Virus record (IMG/VR): IMGVR_UViG_3300020045_009074
Location: 1 to 46,431 of that record
DNA from: a virus
Taxonomy: Duplodnaviria > Caudoviricetes
Reading direction: 5' to 3' (one strand)
Length of the DNA: 46,431 nucleotides
Under the pieces are notes generated by a model. The model saw only the letters and a list, made by a program, of their open reading frames with translations. It was not told the origin of the DNA and searched no databases. Shown here in pieces: positions 18,005 through 29,000 of this stretch (its first letter is position 1; every line of letters begins with the position of its first letter). Both the position numbers and the translations under genes were made by a program.

Positions 18005-18328
18005 ATGAGCGATTTTTCATCTGAGGAATTGGCGATCGAGAAATACATTGAGACTGGCCGAGTTGTTGGTGATCCTACTGTGCATCACAAAAGCGTTTCT
18101 GGTGAATACTACGAAACCATTGCTGTTAGTGCTCGTAGTTTGGATCAAGCAATTGACTTATTTAGAAATGTATTTATTAAATACACTATGGACAAGGTCG
18201 GCGTACTCTATTGGCGTTGTAAGCCAAAAATAAGATTTGAAAAAGAAAAGGGGATTGGCGATTCTTTTTTTGTTAGAGCACGTCTCTTAATTTCTGATAA
18301 GCCAGTGATTATCGATTCAGAGCCATAG
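18005..18328 (+). CDS. Hypothetical protein
   Basis: 107-aa ORF ending before a terminator. Confidence 0.6.
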   Translation: MSDFSSEELAIEKYIETGRVVGDPTVHHKSVSGEYYETIAVSARSLDQAIDLFRNVFIKYTMDKVGVLYWRCKPKIRFEKEKGIGDSFFVRARLLISDKPVIIDSEP

Positions 18329-18354
18329 TAAGCCATTACAAGTTTCACCAAGTC

Positions 18355-18377
18355 AAAGCACCTTCGGGTGCTTTTTT
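18355..18377 (+). terminator. Intrinsic terminator
   Basis: AAAGCACC TTCG GGTGCTTT + T. Confidence 0.85.
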
Positions 18378-18395
18378 CATTTCTAGAGGGAGTTT

Positions 18396-19247
18396 ATGTT
18401 TACAAAACAATTTAGGTATTGCGTAGCAGCTAGTGAAGATGGTGAAGGTGCAAATGAAGCGCCTGAAAGTAAAGAGAGTCAGGACGAAGATAAAGACGAT
18501 ACTCCGCAGTCGATCCCAAATGAAGTGCAAGAAAAAGCACGTCGCATGGGATGGACGCCAAAAGAAGAATGGAAGGGCGATCAATCGAAGTGGCGTGATG
18601 CCAAAGACTTCGTAGAGCGTGGTGAAACGCTAATTCCAATTCTTAATAAGCGTGTCAAAGATCAAGAGAAATTGATCGGTGAAATGCAGCTTTCGATCAA
18701 AGAAGTTGCGGATTACTACTCAAAAACCGAAGAACGTGCTTATAAGCGCGCGCTTAAAGAGATTGAGCAAAAGCAAGTTGCGGCTGTAGCGGCAGCCGAT
18801 ACAAACGCATTCATGGCTGCAAAGCAGGAAATGGATGAGCTTGAAAAGACGCGCGCTGCACCGCCGAATGTGGCGAACCCTAGCGACCGCGATTTAGAGC
18901 GGTGGTTAGAAGACAACCCAGCATTTAAGACTGAACGTATTGGCAGCGTTGCCTACACGATAGGGCAGCAATTACGCGAACGCGGCAATAACAAAAATGG
19001 TCGCGGATTCTTGGATGACGTGGCGGCTGAAGTACAACGCAATTACCCCGAATTTTTCGAGACCAAACAAGAAAACAAGCGTCGTGAAGCTCCGCAAGCG
19101 GTTGAAGGGTCAACGCCGCCTAAGAGCGGTGGCGGCAAGAGTTTCGCCGATATGCCTAAAGAAGCGCGCGACACCTGTGAGCGCTTTGAAAAGTTGCACG
19201 GTATTAAACGAGCTGATTACGTAAAACAATATTTTGAGGGAGTTTAA
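18396..19247 (+). CDS. Capsid scaffolding protein
   Basis: Acidic N-terminus, ARRMGW.PKEEW.G...W.DA..F, coiled coil, upstream of the capsid genes. Confidence 0.8.
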   Translation: MFTKQFRYCVAASEDGEGANEAPESKESQDEDKDDTPQSIPNEVQEKARRMGWTPKEEWKGDQSKWRDAKDFVERGETLIPILNKRVKDQEKLIGEMQLSIKEVADYYSKTEERAYKRALKEIEQKQVAAVAAADTNAFMAAKQEMDELEKTRAAPPNVANPSDRDLERWLEDNPAFKTERIGSVAYTIGQQLRERGNNKNGRGFLDDVAAEVQRNYPEFFETKQENKRREAPQAVEGSTPPKSGGGKSFADMPKEARDTCERFEKLHGIKRADYVKQYFEGV

Positions 19248-19249
19248 TC

Positions 19250-19717
19250 ATGGCACTAGAACCAAGAATGCCGCGTGAGGAAGAGCGTAGCGAAGATAGG
19301 GATGCAGTTAAGGGAAGTCGGGCAGAGCGTGTGCCATTGGGTACCGCTAAATCACGGTTAAATTTTAAGCCGCGAAAAGGTTATGTAAGACGCGTAATTA
19401 ATGACGTGGAAGGGCGTTTACAAATTGCACAAGAAGGTGGGTATCAATTTGTAAGCGATCCGACTATCAATCTCGGCACAACGGACATCACAAATGAAAA
19501 CTGTGATCTTGGATCAAGAGTGAGCCGCGTGGTTAACCCATCTAGCGGCACCAAAGGTTATTTGATGGAAATCAAGGAAGAATTTTACAAGGAAGATCAA
19601 GCAATGAAAGCGCGCGCCATCAAAGAGACTGAGGACATGATGCGACGCGGCGCACACGCGGATGTTGATGGTCGTTATGTACCAAAAAATGGCGGCCTAA
19701 CCATCGAAAAACAATAA
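19250..19717 (+). CDS. Head-module protein of unknown function
   Basis: Position between scaffold and capsid genes; good RBS. Confidence 0.7.
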   Translation: MALEPRMPREEERSEDRDAVKGSRAERVPLGTAKSRLNFKPRKGYVRRVINDVEGRLQIAQEGGYQFVSDPTINLGTTDITNENCDLGSRVSRVVNPSSGTKGYLMEIKEEFYKEDQAMKARAIKETEDMMRRGAHADVDGRYVPKNGGLTIEKQ

Positions 19718-19735
19718 AACTTATGGAGTATTCAA

Positions 19736-20314
19736 ATGGCAAATGCAAATACCCCAATGGGGGCTCTGCCTGTTGCACATCGCAACGGCGCGCCTTACAA
19801 CGGGTCAGTTGGCACTTATTCCACGGCTTCTGGTGATGGCACTCAATTATGTATTGGTGACTTCGTTAAGTTGGCGGGGACGGCTCAAACTTTAGCGGGA
19901 CGTGTTATTCCCGATGTGACGCGCGCTGCAACTGGCGACGTTATTGTCGGTGTGATTACTGGCGTTAAGCCGGTTACGCAAGACAGCACGATCTATCGCG
20001 CAGCTTCGACGATTCGTGAGGTTTACGTTGCTGACAATCCTGAATTGGTTTTTGAGATTCAAGAAGGTAGCTCGGGTACCGCATTAGCTGCAAACGACGC
20101 AGGTCTGAACATTGACTTTGTGGTCGCTTCAGGTAGCACGGTCACCGGCTTTTCGGGTACGCAATTAAACAATGCAACCGAGGCAACAACCAACACGCTT
20201 GATCTTCATTTAATTCGCCCAGTTCCGCGCGATGACAATGCAATCGGGTATTCATGCAAGTGGTTGGTGACAATTAACCGTCATCAATACTCTAACCAAG
20301 TAGCGGGGGTGTAA
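19736..20314 (+). CDS. Putative capsid decoration/cement protein
   Basis: MANAN.P.G..PV, GDFVKL, VADNPELVFEIQ; precedes the major capsid gene. Confidence 0.7.
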   Translation: MANANTPMGALPVAHRNGAPYNGSVGTYSTASGDGTQLCIGDFVKLAGTAQTLAGRVIPDVTRAATGDVIVGVITGVKPVTQDSTIYRAASTIREVYVADNPELVFEIQEGSSGTALAANDAGLNIDFVVASGSTVTGFSGTQLNNATEATTNTLDLHLIRPVPRDDNAIGYSCKWLVTINRHQYSNQVAGV

Positions 20315-20316
20315 TC

Positions 20317-21231
20317 ATGGCTGGAATTATCAATACGGGTACTCATCCCAAGGCGTTATGGCCTGGCGTAAAGTTAATGTTCGGGATGGCTTATCCGAAT
20401 CGCGACGAATATGCTGACCTGGTTACGATGGCAACGTCGGACAAAAACCGTGAAGAAATGGTTCAAAACGATGGCTTCGGTTTGGCTTCGATCAAAGAGC
20501 AAGGTGGTTCAATTGCTTACGATGCAGACGCTCAAGCTGGTACCGCCATCGCCTACCATTTAACTTATGGTTCTGGCTATGCCATCACGCGTGAAGCGAT
20601 TGAAGACAACCAATATGAGAAATTAGCGACCGATCGTGCTAAATCGCTCAAAAAAGCGATGATCGAAAGCAAAAATATCGTAGTCGCTAACTGGTTTAAT
20701 CGAGGCTTTGACTCGAATTACACTGTTGGTTGGGATGGTCAACCATTGTTCTCGGCATCACATCCTTCGCAAGCGGGTAACCAAAGCAATTTATTGGCAA
20801 CCCCAGCCGATTTGTCCGAAGCTTCGTTAGAAGATTTGGTCATTCAAATTGGTGGTGTGACGGACGGTCGCGGTATCAAGATGACATTAAAACCACGTAG
20901 CTTGCATATTCCACGTCAATTGGAATTTGATGCCACGCGCATTTTAAAGTCGCTCTTGCAAAACGATACGGCCAACAATGCTGTAAACGCGATGCGTGTG
21001 AATGGAACCTTCCCAGAAGGCTTCAAGATCAATCACTTTTTCACCGATCCTGATGCTTTTTTCATCAAAACCGACCTGCAAGCGGGTGGTTTGACGTTAT
21101 TTCAACGTCGCGCACTTGAATTTGTGCAAGACAATGACTTCAACACTGAAAATGCATTGACCAAGAGTACCGAGCGTTATGGTATTCAAATTGGTGATTG
21201 GCGTGAGTGGTTTGCTTCGGCAGGCGCTTAA
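20317..21231 (+). CDS. Major capsid protein
   Basis: GYAITREAIED..Y, DGQPLFSASHP, DLSEASLE, F.TDPDAFF, ERY....DWR; followed by a terminator. Confidence 0.9.
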   Translation: MAGIINTGTHPKALWPGVKLMFGMAYPNRDEYADLVTMATSDKNREEMVQNDGFGLASIKEQGGSIAYDADAQAGTAIAYHLTYGSGYAITREAIEDNQYEKLATDRAKSLKKAMIESKNIVVANWFNRGFDSNYTVGWDGQPLFSASHPSQAGNQSNLLATPADLSEASLEDLVIQIGGVTDGRGIKMTLKPRSLHIPRQLEFDATRILKSLLQNDTANNAVNAMRVNGTFPEGFKINHFFTDPDAFFIKTDLQAGGLTLFQRRALEFVQDNDFNTENALTKSTERYGIQIGDWREWFASAGA

Positions 21232-21277
21232 TTAAGCAGTAGTAAAACAGAAGTGTCGGTTTAGTCCGACGATTTAG

Positions 21278-21309
21278 AGGGGCACTCATTTGGGTGCCCC
21301 TTTCTTTTT
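21278..21309 (+). terminator. Intrinsic terminator after the capsid gene
   Basis: AGGGGCAC..GTGCCCCT + T-rich tail. Confidence 0.8.
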
Positions 21310-21321
21310 GGAGAAATTAAA

Positions 21322-22305
21322 ATGGCTGCAACATTATCCTCAAGTTTTCCTGGCGGTTTCGCCAATGGCTTACTTGTTCGCAATGTGCCGTTAGCAGTTT
21401 CAAACCCAGGTCGTGTATTTTGGGTTTATAACGGTACTGCACTGCAACAAGGGCAACGCGGTGGGTCAAATGGCAATAAAGGCACTTATGACTCGCCTTT
21501 CGCAACTATTCTTTACGCAGTCTCGCAATGCGTTGCAAACCGTGGCGACATTATTTATGTTAAGCCTGGACATGCAGAAACGATTGCGGATGCAACTACG
21601 TTGATTTTGTCGGTTGCCGGTATCACTATTATCGGACTCGGTGCGGGCTCTAGTCGCCCCACGCTGACATTTAGTACAGCAACCACGGCAAATATCCCAG
21701 TCACCGCCGCTAATATCGCGGTAATTAATATTTTGCACAAAGCCAACTTCGCAGACATTGTTTCTGCTTATACGGCAACTGGCACGAATACACCGACCGA
21801 CTTCTTGCTCGATAGCTGTGAATTCCGTGATGGTTCTTCGGTGCTGAATTTCATTAAAACATTCACTGGTAATGCTACGGCGAATTCGATTGACGGATTT
21901 ACCTACAGCAACAACAAGGTGTTTGGGTTGTCGACTACGGCTGCATCACAGGCGGTGATTGTTGCCGCTGCTACCGATCGCTGTAGTTATTTGGACAATT
22001 TCGTTGTCTACCCAGTACTGAATGACACTGCCGCTCTGGTTGATTTTGGTGCGAACAATCAAACCAATCTGAATATGGGTCGCAATAAAGTGTTCCGTCC
22101 TAGCACGAGCACGACGGGCGGTTCATTGTTCAGCGGTGGCAGCACGGGATCTACAGGCTATGTCTACGATAACTATTCATGGCATTTGGACAACTCAGCC
22201 GGCTTATTGGCTCCTACCGGAACGAAACTCGGTTTCCAAAACAACTACTGCATGATTACAGGTGCAGCCGATAAATCTGGGTTGATTAACCCAGCAGCCG
22301 TTTAA
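21322..22305 (+). CDS. Putative virion protein with a beta-helix-like domain
   Basis: G...PFATI..A...C...RGD.IYV.PGH.E, ITIIGLG....RP. Confidence 0.65.
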   Translation: MAATLSSSFPGGFANGLLVRNVPLAVSNPGRVFWVYNGTALQQGQRGGSNGNKGTYDSPFATILYAVSQCVANRGDIIYVKPGHAETIADATTLILSVAGITIIGLGAGSSRPTLTFSTATTANIPVTAANIAVINILHKANFADIVSAYTATGTNTPTDFLLDSCEFRDGSSVLNFIKTFTGNATANSIDGFTYSNNKVFGLSTTAASQAVIVAAATDRCSYLDNFVVYPVLNDTAALVDFGANNQTNLNMGRNKVFRPSTSTTGGSLFSGGSTGSTGYVYDNYSWHLDNSAGLLAPTGTKLGFQNNYCMITGAADKSGLINPAAV

Positions 22306-22324
22306 TTCTACGAAGGAAAATATC

Positions 22325-22846
22325 ATGACTTCAGATTGGTTTTTAGAACAAGCCCGCTTGGGTAATATGTTTCATGCCTGCTCAACTGGCGCGGTAACGC
22401 TTTCAACGGTTAGCGCAACATGCACAGGTTTGGCATTGAGCAATCCTTACGGTTCCGGCAAACGTCTGGTTGTCGCGCAAGTACGCTTCGCGCCATCGAC
22501 TGCACCGGCTGGTGCTGCGGTGGTTGGACTTGCCGTGAGCCCCGCAGTGAGCAATACGGCGGTAGTACACACTACGCCGGCTGTTATTCAACCCGCTTTG
22601 ACTTACGGTAGCAATATCAATGTCGGCGTTGGTCAAGTGGATGCTGCGGCGACGTTGCCTGCTGCGCCTGTTTGGCTTCGTCCATTGGGTAGCGTGGTTG
22701 CCGCAAGTTCGATTACGCCTGCGATGTATGTTGACTATACGAATGGTGAAATTATTCTGATTCCTGGAACCAGTATTTCGTTGTCGTATTTGACAACTGC
22801 CGCAGTTGGTATCGCTTCAATTACTTGGGTCGAAATCGACGAATAA
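22325..22846 (+). CDS. Putative virion structural protein
   Basis: Ala/Thr/Val-rich, structural module, RBS. Confidence 0.6.
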   Translation: MTSDWFLEQARLGNMFHACSTGAVTLSTVSATCTGLALSNPYGSGKRLVVAQVRFAPSTAPAGAAVVGLAVSPAVSNTAVVHTTPAVIQPALTYGSNINVGVGQVDAAATLPAAPVWLRPLGSVVAASSITPAMYVDYTNGEIILIPGTSISLSYLTTAAVGIASITWVEIDE

Positions 22847-22853
22847 TGCATTT

Positions 22854-22878
22854 ACAAGGGGGTAATTCCCCTTGTTTT
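22854..22878 (+). terminator. Possible intrinsic terminator
   Basis: ACAAGGGG..CCCCTTGT + TTT. Confidence 0.5.
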
Positions 22879-22910
22879 GGCATTTTTACCCCTTATTAGG
22901 AGCGATTTTA

Positions 22911-23315
22911 ATGGCTAACACAGTACAAATCACCAAAACGTTGGATGGTGATCGTGGCATCGTATTTCACGTTTTTATTCAAAGCGACGGGGTAACTGGC
23001 GATTTATCGGATGTTGTTTTGATTGATCCAACGACATTGGTACCGCCTACCGATTCTTCACCATCGCTGACGATTGAAGAGCTTTGGTATGACTTGTCGG
23101 GATTCAACGCAGTTTTGTCATTCGATGATTTAGTTGAAGGCACGCCGGTATGGGCTCTATCACAAGGCAATCATTCGCACGTTGAATTGCGCACGATTGG
23201 CGGACTAAAAGATCGATCCTCGCAAGATGGTAATGGGAATTTACAAATCACGACTTACGGCTTGCAATCAGTGGGCGATGCTGGCGTGATTGTGATTAAA
23301 GCGCGCAAGGATTGA
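22911..23315 (+). CDS. Putative virion structural protein
   Basis: AGGAG RBS before MANTVQIT. Confidence 0.65.
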   Translation: MANTVQITKTLDGDRGIVFHVFIQSDGVTGDLSDVVLIDPTTLVPPTDSSPSLTIEELWYDLSGFNAVLSFDDLVEGTPVWALSQGNHSHVELRTIGGLKDRSSQDGNGNLQITTYGLQSVGDAGVIVIKARKD

Positions 23316-23316
23316 T

Positions 23317-23559
23317 GTGAAGTCGTATTTAATTCTTGGCGATCACAATGCAATTTGTGACGTTTGCGGATTCCAATACAAAGGCAGTCAGTTGAAAAAA
23401 AGGTGGGATGGTGCGCTAGTTTGTCATAAAGACTTCGAGCAGCGCCATCCTCAAGATTTTGTGCGCGCGGTTCCTGAACGTCAATCAGTTCGGGATGCGC
23501 GACCATTGCCTGAGCTGGTATTTATTACTGGTAATGGCCCTACTGCGGATGATCTTTAA
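23317..23559 (+). CDS. Small zinc-ribbon-like protein of the head-completion module
   Basis: AICDVCGF..W.G.LVC..DFE.RHPQ. Confidence 0.7.
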   Translation: MKSYLILGDHNAICDVCGFQYKGSQLKKRWDGALVCHKDFEQRHPQDFVRAVPERQSVRDARPLPELVFITGNGPTADDL

Positions 23560-24500
23560 TGGCAACGAGCGGGAATTACGGGTTTACGATTAGCACGCTG
23601 GATATTTTAAATCAGGCGTATAACGCGACTGGTCTTTATGGACAAGGGAAAACCCTAAGCACATTTGACACTTCCAACGGCAAGACGAAGCTTAACCTGA
23701 TGATTTATGCCTGGCAGCAACAAGGCATTCATTTGTGGGCGGTGCAAGAGGGAACACTGTTTTTGGTTGAGGGCCAAGAGACTTATAGTTTAGGCCCAAC
23801 GGGGGATGATTGCACGCTGGATTATGTGAGTACTACGTTATCGGCGGATTCTGCCGCAAGCGATACCACCCTTAATTTAACGAGTACAACGGGGATGAGT
23901 GCTAGTGACAACATTGGCATTATTCTTGATGATGGTACTTTATTTTGGACTACGATCGTTGGTGCGCCAGGTTCACCAACAACTATAGCGGCAGGATTGC
24001 CTAGCGAAGCATCTGATGGTGCCGTCGTATTCACCTACACTCCCGCCGATACCATTCAAAGACCAACACGTTTAATTGACGGCACGATTTATCGACGTGA
24101 CATCAACAATAACGATGTGCCGCTCAGTCTGATTTCTCGTACAGATTATGCGATGCTTTCCAACAAATTTTCGACAGGCAAGTCCAATCAAGTTTTCTAT
24201 GAGCCCACATTAACCAACGGAACGCTAAAAGTTTGGGTTGCCCCCGATTCTTCTAGCGATGTTATTCGTTTCTCATTTGAGCGTCCGTTTGAAGGATTCA
24301 TATCACTAGCTGATAACCCAGATTTCCCAATCGAATGGGGTGAAGCCTTGATTTATAACCTCGCGTGGCGATTGGCTGTTGTTGACGCGCCTACCGAAAC
24401 CTTAGACCGTTTATCTGCTTACGCAGCCGCCGCATTAAGTGCTGCAATGGGCTTTGACAAAGAAGTTGCATCGGTGATGTTTGCCCCGACTACGAGGTAA
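23559..24500 (+). CDS. Head-tail adaptor (P22 gp4-like) with an inserted beta domain
   Basis: MATSG, LN.M...W...G..LW, ISR.DY..L.NK...G, DFP.EW.EAL.Y.LA..LA. Confidence 0.75.
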   Translation: MATSGNYGFTISTLDILNQAYNATGLYGQGKTLSTFDTSNGKTKLNLMIYAWQQQGIHLWAVQEGTLFLVEGQETYSLGPTGDDCTLDYVSTTLSADSAASDTTLNLTSTTGMSASDNIGIILDDGTLFWTTIVGAPGSPTTIAAGLPSEASDGAVVFTYTPADTIQRPTRLIDGTIYRRDINNNDVPLSLISRTDYAMLSNKFSTGKSNQVFYEPTLTNGTLKVWVAPDSSSDVIRFSFERPFEGFISLADNPDFPIEWGEALIYNLAWRLAVVDAPTETLDRLSAYAAAALSAAMGFDKEVASVMFAPTTR

Positions 24501-24503
24501 CTA

Positions 24504-24677
24504 ATGATTATTCCATTCGTTGGCGGCGCCGAAGAAACAAGATCACCCGATGTAAACAATCAACGCACTATCAATTGGTTTGTTGAGGTATCGGTGAGCA
24601 AAGACGGCGCAAAAGTGCCGATCGCTCTTTATCCGACGCCTGGGTCGATTATTTACTATGACTTTGATGCGGCTTAA
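24504..24677 (+). CDS. N-terminal segment of the gp10-like tail/DNA-stabilization protein (57 aa, absent from the ORF track)
   Basis: GAGG RBS; MIIPFVGG..ETRS...NQRTINWFVE...LYPTPG; in frame with 24684. Confidence 0.75.
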   Translation: MIIPFVGGAEETRSPDVNNQRTINWFVEVSVSKDGAKVPIALYPTPGSIIYYDFDAA

Positions 24678-24683
24678 ATAACT

Positions 24684-26015
24684 ATGAGCCTAATTACCGG
24701 CATTCGCGGCACATGCACGCAAAACACTTTTCTGTACGTGGTCTCAGGAAATAAGCTGTATCGCTATGATCAAGCCACGCCCGATGCTACACCAGCCGAA
24801 TTAGAGATCGGCACGCTTCAAACCGCATATGGCGACGTTTCGATGGCGACCAATGGCACGCAAGTTTGTATCGTTGATGGTGTTACGGGTTATATCGCGA
24901 CTGATATTGCCGACATGGAGGTGATTACTGACGCCGACTTTCCTGATGGCGTTGATACAGTAGTTGCGACTGACTCGGTATTCGTTGTTTGCCAAGACGG
25001 TGAGCGTGAAATTTATCAGTCAGACATTCTTGATGGGTTGTCATGGAATGGTTTGGCGGTAGCGACCAAAGAAGGCGCGCCCGACCCATTGCGCACGATC
25101 GTTGTAAGCCAACGTGAATTGTTATTGATTGGCTATTTAACCTCAGAAATTTGGGTTAATAACGGCGACTCAACGATTCTATTTCAACGCTCTGGGAATG
25201 CGTTTATTGAGGCCGGCGCTGCGGCTAAGCGATCCGTTGCAAAACTCGATTACACAATATTTTGGCTTGGCCAAGACGCGCGCGGACAAGGAATTGTTTG
25301 GCGTTTGCAAGGTTACAACCCAGTGCGCGTGAGCGATCATGCTATCGAATATTGGATTAATCAGGCCGACAGTCTTGAAGATGCGATCGGCTTCGCTTAT
25401 CAGCAAGAAGGGCATTCGTATTACGTTCTCACGATTCCTGATCTTGACCAAACATTCGTTTATGACATTTCTTCGGATCGCTGGCATGAGAGAGCGTGGC
25501 GCGATCCATTATCAGGGTCGTTGAATCGCTGGCGCGCACAGAATCATGTATTTTTCGATGGTAAAAACATCATCGGTGATTGGGAAGACGGGAAGCTTTA
25601 TGAGCTTGATTTAGATGTCTACCTGGATCGTGCAACGATTGACGGGAATGGTGATGCGACGGGTGATTTAATCCGGCGTGTTCGTGTTACACAAACTATT
25701 AACGACGATCAAAAAAAGATGTTTTTTAGTCGTTTGCAAATCGATATGCAAGTCGGGGTAGGTACTTATTCGCACAATGATGCAGTCAATCAGGCCGAAG
25801 ACCCTCAAGTCATGCTGCGATACTCGGATGAGAATGGTAAAAATTGGAGTGATATTTTATATCACGAGCTCGGCAAAGCGGGCGAATCCGATACGCAGGT
25901 AGTTTTTTCTAATCTTGGGGCTGGATATAACCGCGTTTGGGAACTCAGTATTACTGATCCAGTAAAGGCAGTTGTTTTAGGCGCAAATGCACAACTCAGA
26001 AAGGGACGCGCTTAA
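24684..26015 (+). CDS. P22 gp10-like packaged-DNA stabilization / nozzle protein (main part)
   Basis: IRG..LYVVSG, VSMATNG, FWLG, Y.QEGH.YY.L, WHER, VMLRYSD..G..WS, TDPV. Confidence 0.85.
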   Translation: MSLITGIRGTCTQNTFLYVVSGNKLYRYDQATPDATPAELEIGTLQTAYGDVSMATNGTQVCIVDGVTGYIATDIADMEVITDADFPDGVDTVVATDSVFVVCQDGEREIYQSDILDGLSWNGLAVATKEGAPDPLRTIVVSQRELLLIGYLTSEIWVNNGDSTILFQRSGNAFIEAGAAAKRSVAKLDYTIFWLGQDARGQGIVWRLQGYNPVRVSDHAIEYWINQADSLEDAIGFAYQQEGHSYYVLTIPDLDQTFVYDISSDRWHERAWRDPLSGSLNRWRAQNHVFFDGKNIIGDWEDGKLYELDLDVYLDRATIDGNGDATGDLIRRVRVTQTINDDQKKMFFSRLQIDMQVGVGTYSHNDAVNQAEDPQVMLRYSDENGKNWSDILYHELGKAGESDTQVVFSNLGAGYNRVWELSITDPVKAVVLGANAQLRKGRA

Positions 26016-29000
26016 ATGGCAACGCCAATACCGCTTAATTTATTCCCGTCGAAAGTTTTTATTGGTGGGATCGAAAACGGGAAGGTCGATAGTCAGGGTC
26101 GCGTCACTGGTAATGTTTTAATCAGCAATGAATTTTTACGCGCGCTGCAATCATTGGTCGAGCGAGTGGGCGGTGCGTCTGGTACAGATACGGGGGGATC
26201 GGTGCCCGCTGGAACGAGTGGCGGCGTCGTTGGGTACGTCGGTACGAATGAGCTGCAATCTTCCGCATTGCTGAATACCAATGCAATTGTTCTGGGTGGT
26301 GGATCAGGCGCGACCCCAACTACCCCGATAGGTCTTGGCGCATCGAACCTTGTGCTGCACGGGAATGCCAGCGGAGCCCCATTCTGGGGTATCGTGACCG
26401 GCGCAGATATTACCCCTGCGGCGTTAACCAAAGTGGATGACACTAATGTCACGCTCACTCTTGGCGGAACGCCTACGGAGGCGTTAATCGCGGCAACGAG
26501 TTTAACGTTGGGATGGACGGGGCAGTTATCGGGTGAGCGCGGCGGCACCGGCGTAAACAACACAGGTAAGACTATTACGTTAGGCGGTAGCTTAACGACG
26601 GCAGGCGCATTCGATGCCACGTTTACGATGACGGGTGCGACTTCGGTAACATTCCCAACGTCAGGAACGCTGGCAACCGTTGCAGCAACTGTAACATCGA
26701 TTACGGGCACGGCGGATCAGGTTTTAGCAAACGGAACCAGCGGTAGCGCAGAATTTGGAGCAGTCACTTTAACCCTGCCGCAAAGTATTGCCGCAACATC
26801 ATCACCAACGTTTACGGGTTTAAATCTAAGCGGATTAACTGCATCGAAACTCGTTGCAACGGATGGCAGTAAGAATTTATCTAGCGCGGATTTGACGGGT
26901 GATGTAACTAGCTCTGGATTAGCAACCACAGTTGTAAAAATAAATGGTGTGGCGCTGGGAACAACCACGGCGACATCTGGGAATCTGTTGATCGGTTCGG
27001 GCACGGAATGGGTTACGAATGCGATGTCGGGTGACATTACAATCAACTCAACTGGGGTAACAGCAATTGGCGCGCTTAAAGTCACGAATGCGATGATTGC
27101 CAATAGCACGATTGATTTGACGACCAAAGTGACTGGGATTTTGCCTAACGCTAACACCACAGCCGCCAGCGCAAATACGGCATCGGCAATCGTAACGCGT
27201 GATAGCAACGGTGATTTTAGTGCCAGAACTATAACGATGCAGAATTTTTCCGTGAGTTTTTCCGGTGTTGTTCAGCCTCAAATCACTAGTACAACAAGCG
27301 GAAGTACCAATGCCGCTGATTTAGTATTGCAGCGCGGTGACGTAGCTAATGGCTATTGCAGAATTATTAATCGCGATAGCGGAGGGGTATTACGTTGGGC
27401 TTCGGGGATGTTTCTTGGAGATAGTACTTATAGAATTAACGATCAGCAAAATGCTATTGATGTTTTAACAATTACTGCGGGCGCAACTCCAATTACTACA
27501 ATTGCTGGAACGGTAAATCTAACGGGTTTAACTGCTTCTAGTTTGGTTGCAACGGATAGCTCTAAAAATCTAACATCATCAACATCTAGTTTAAGCCCGA
27601 CTTTCGCAGGATTAACAATTACCGGGACTGGCACTGTATCTGAAAGCATCACAACCACTACGACCGGAAGTGCTAACGCAGCTTTATTAAAGTTAACGCG
27701 TGGCGATCAAAGTAATGGCTTCGCGCAAGTTCGTCATTTTACGGGCGCGACCGAAAATTGGCGCGCTGGGACAATGGCGACATCGCCGGATTATGTGATC
27801 TATGATGCGGCGAATTCCCAGCGTCTATTAACGGCCACTCAAGGTGCGGATAATGCTGCGTTCGTCACGATCATACCAATAACGACTTCATCTTCTACGA
27901 GCACGGGCAGCTTAATCAATTCAGGCGGATTCGGTAATGCGGGTAACGCGCACATCGGCGGGACGATATTTGCGCCGAAGTTAACGCTGAATAATGCCGG
28001 GTCGATTGCTAGTCCGGCAGTTGGATTTTTAAGTGATGCAACGGGGATTTATCAGTACAGCGCAGGAGAGCTTGGGTTTGCGGCTAATGGCACATTTGTC
28101 GCACGCATGACTGACGCAATGGTGCAGTTTGCGCAACCGCACATCTTGAGATTGGAGAACATTGGGACAGTTAGCAGCGGAGCAAGCAACGCTCTTAATT
28201 TTGTCTATGTAGGTGGCAATGGCGCGCAGTTTTTTGATGCTGATGGATCGTTCACTTTTTTCCAAAATGTGAAACTTGATGCACGCACGGCGTCGCAAGC
28301 GGTGGTTACTGATGCGAGCAAGAATTTAGCCAGTCTTGAATATACTGCCAGCAATACTGCAAGCACGTTGGTGTTGCGTGATGGGAGTGGCAACTTTAGC
28401 GCGGGGACAATTACCGCGACTCTATCAGGCCCCGCATCATTGGTCACAACGGCAGCAGATACAAGCGATACCACCGCTTATGTGACGTTCGTCAATGCGT
28501 CAAGCGGCAATCAAGCGGTTAAACTCAATACCAATTTAATCTACAACTCAAGCTTGGGTTTGTTTGGTAATGGTGGGCAACCATCTTATGGATTCCATGC
28601 ACAAGGTAATGACGGCAATGCTATTGTTTGCGCAGAAGCATTAGTGGGCGGAGCAAATTTAAGCGCTTATCTCTACTGTATTTCTAGTGGATCAATTAAA
28701 TCAATTTTTGGCTATCGATCACTCACTGGATATACATCCATTTATCATAATGGTGCCTGGGATCAAGAATTTACTGGTACGCAAATCCTACTAAATAAAG
28801 CGGCCAAAATAACCGATACGACCGCATCAACATCAATTACTACTGGGTCTGGAATATTCGCTGGTGGCGTAGGGATTTCTGGGGCATTATTTGCTGATAC
28901 CGCAGCAATTAAAACGGGGGGGAATGCTGCTGCTTATGACACCTGTTATCTGCAAGTGGGGCCGCAATCATCCGATATTGCATCTTATAGCCCCGAACTT

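Noticed and set aside
24675-24677. Genome-wide stop-codon reassignment
   Set aside because: TAA, TGA and TAG end other genes normally, and no suppressor tRNA was seen
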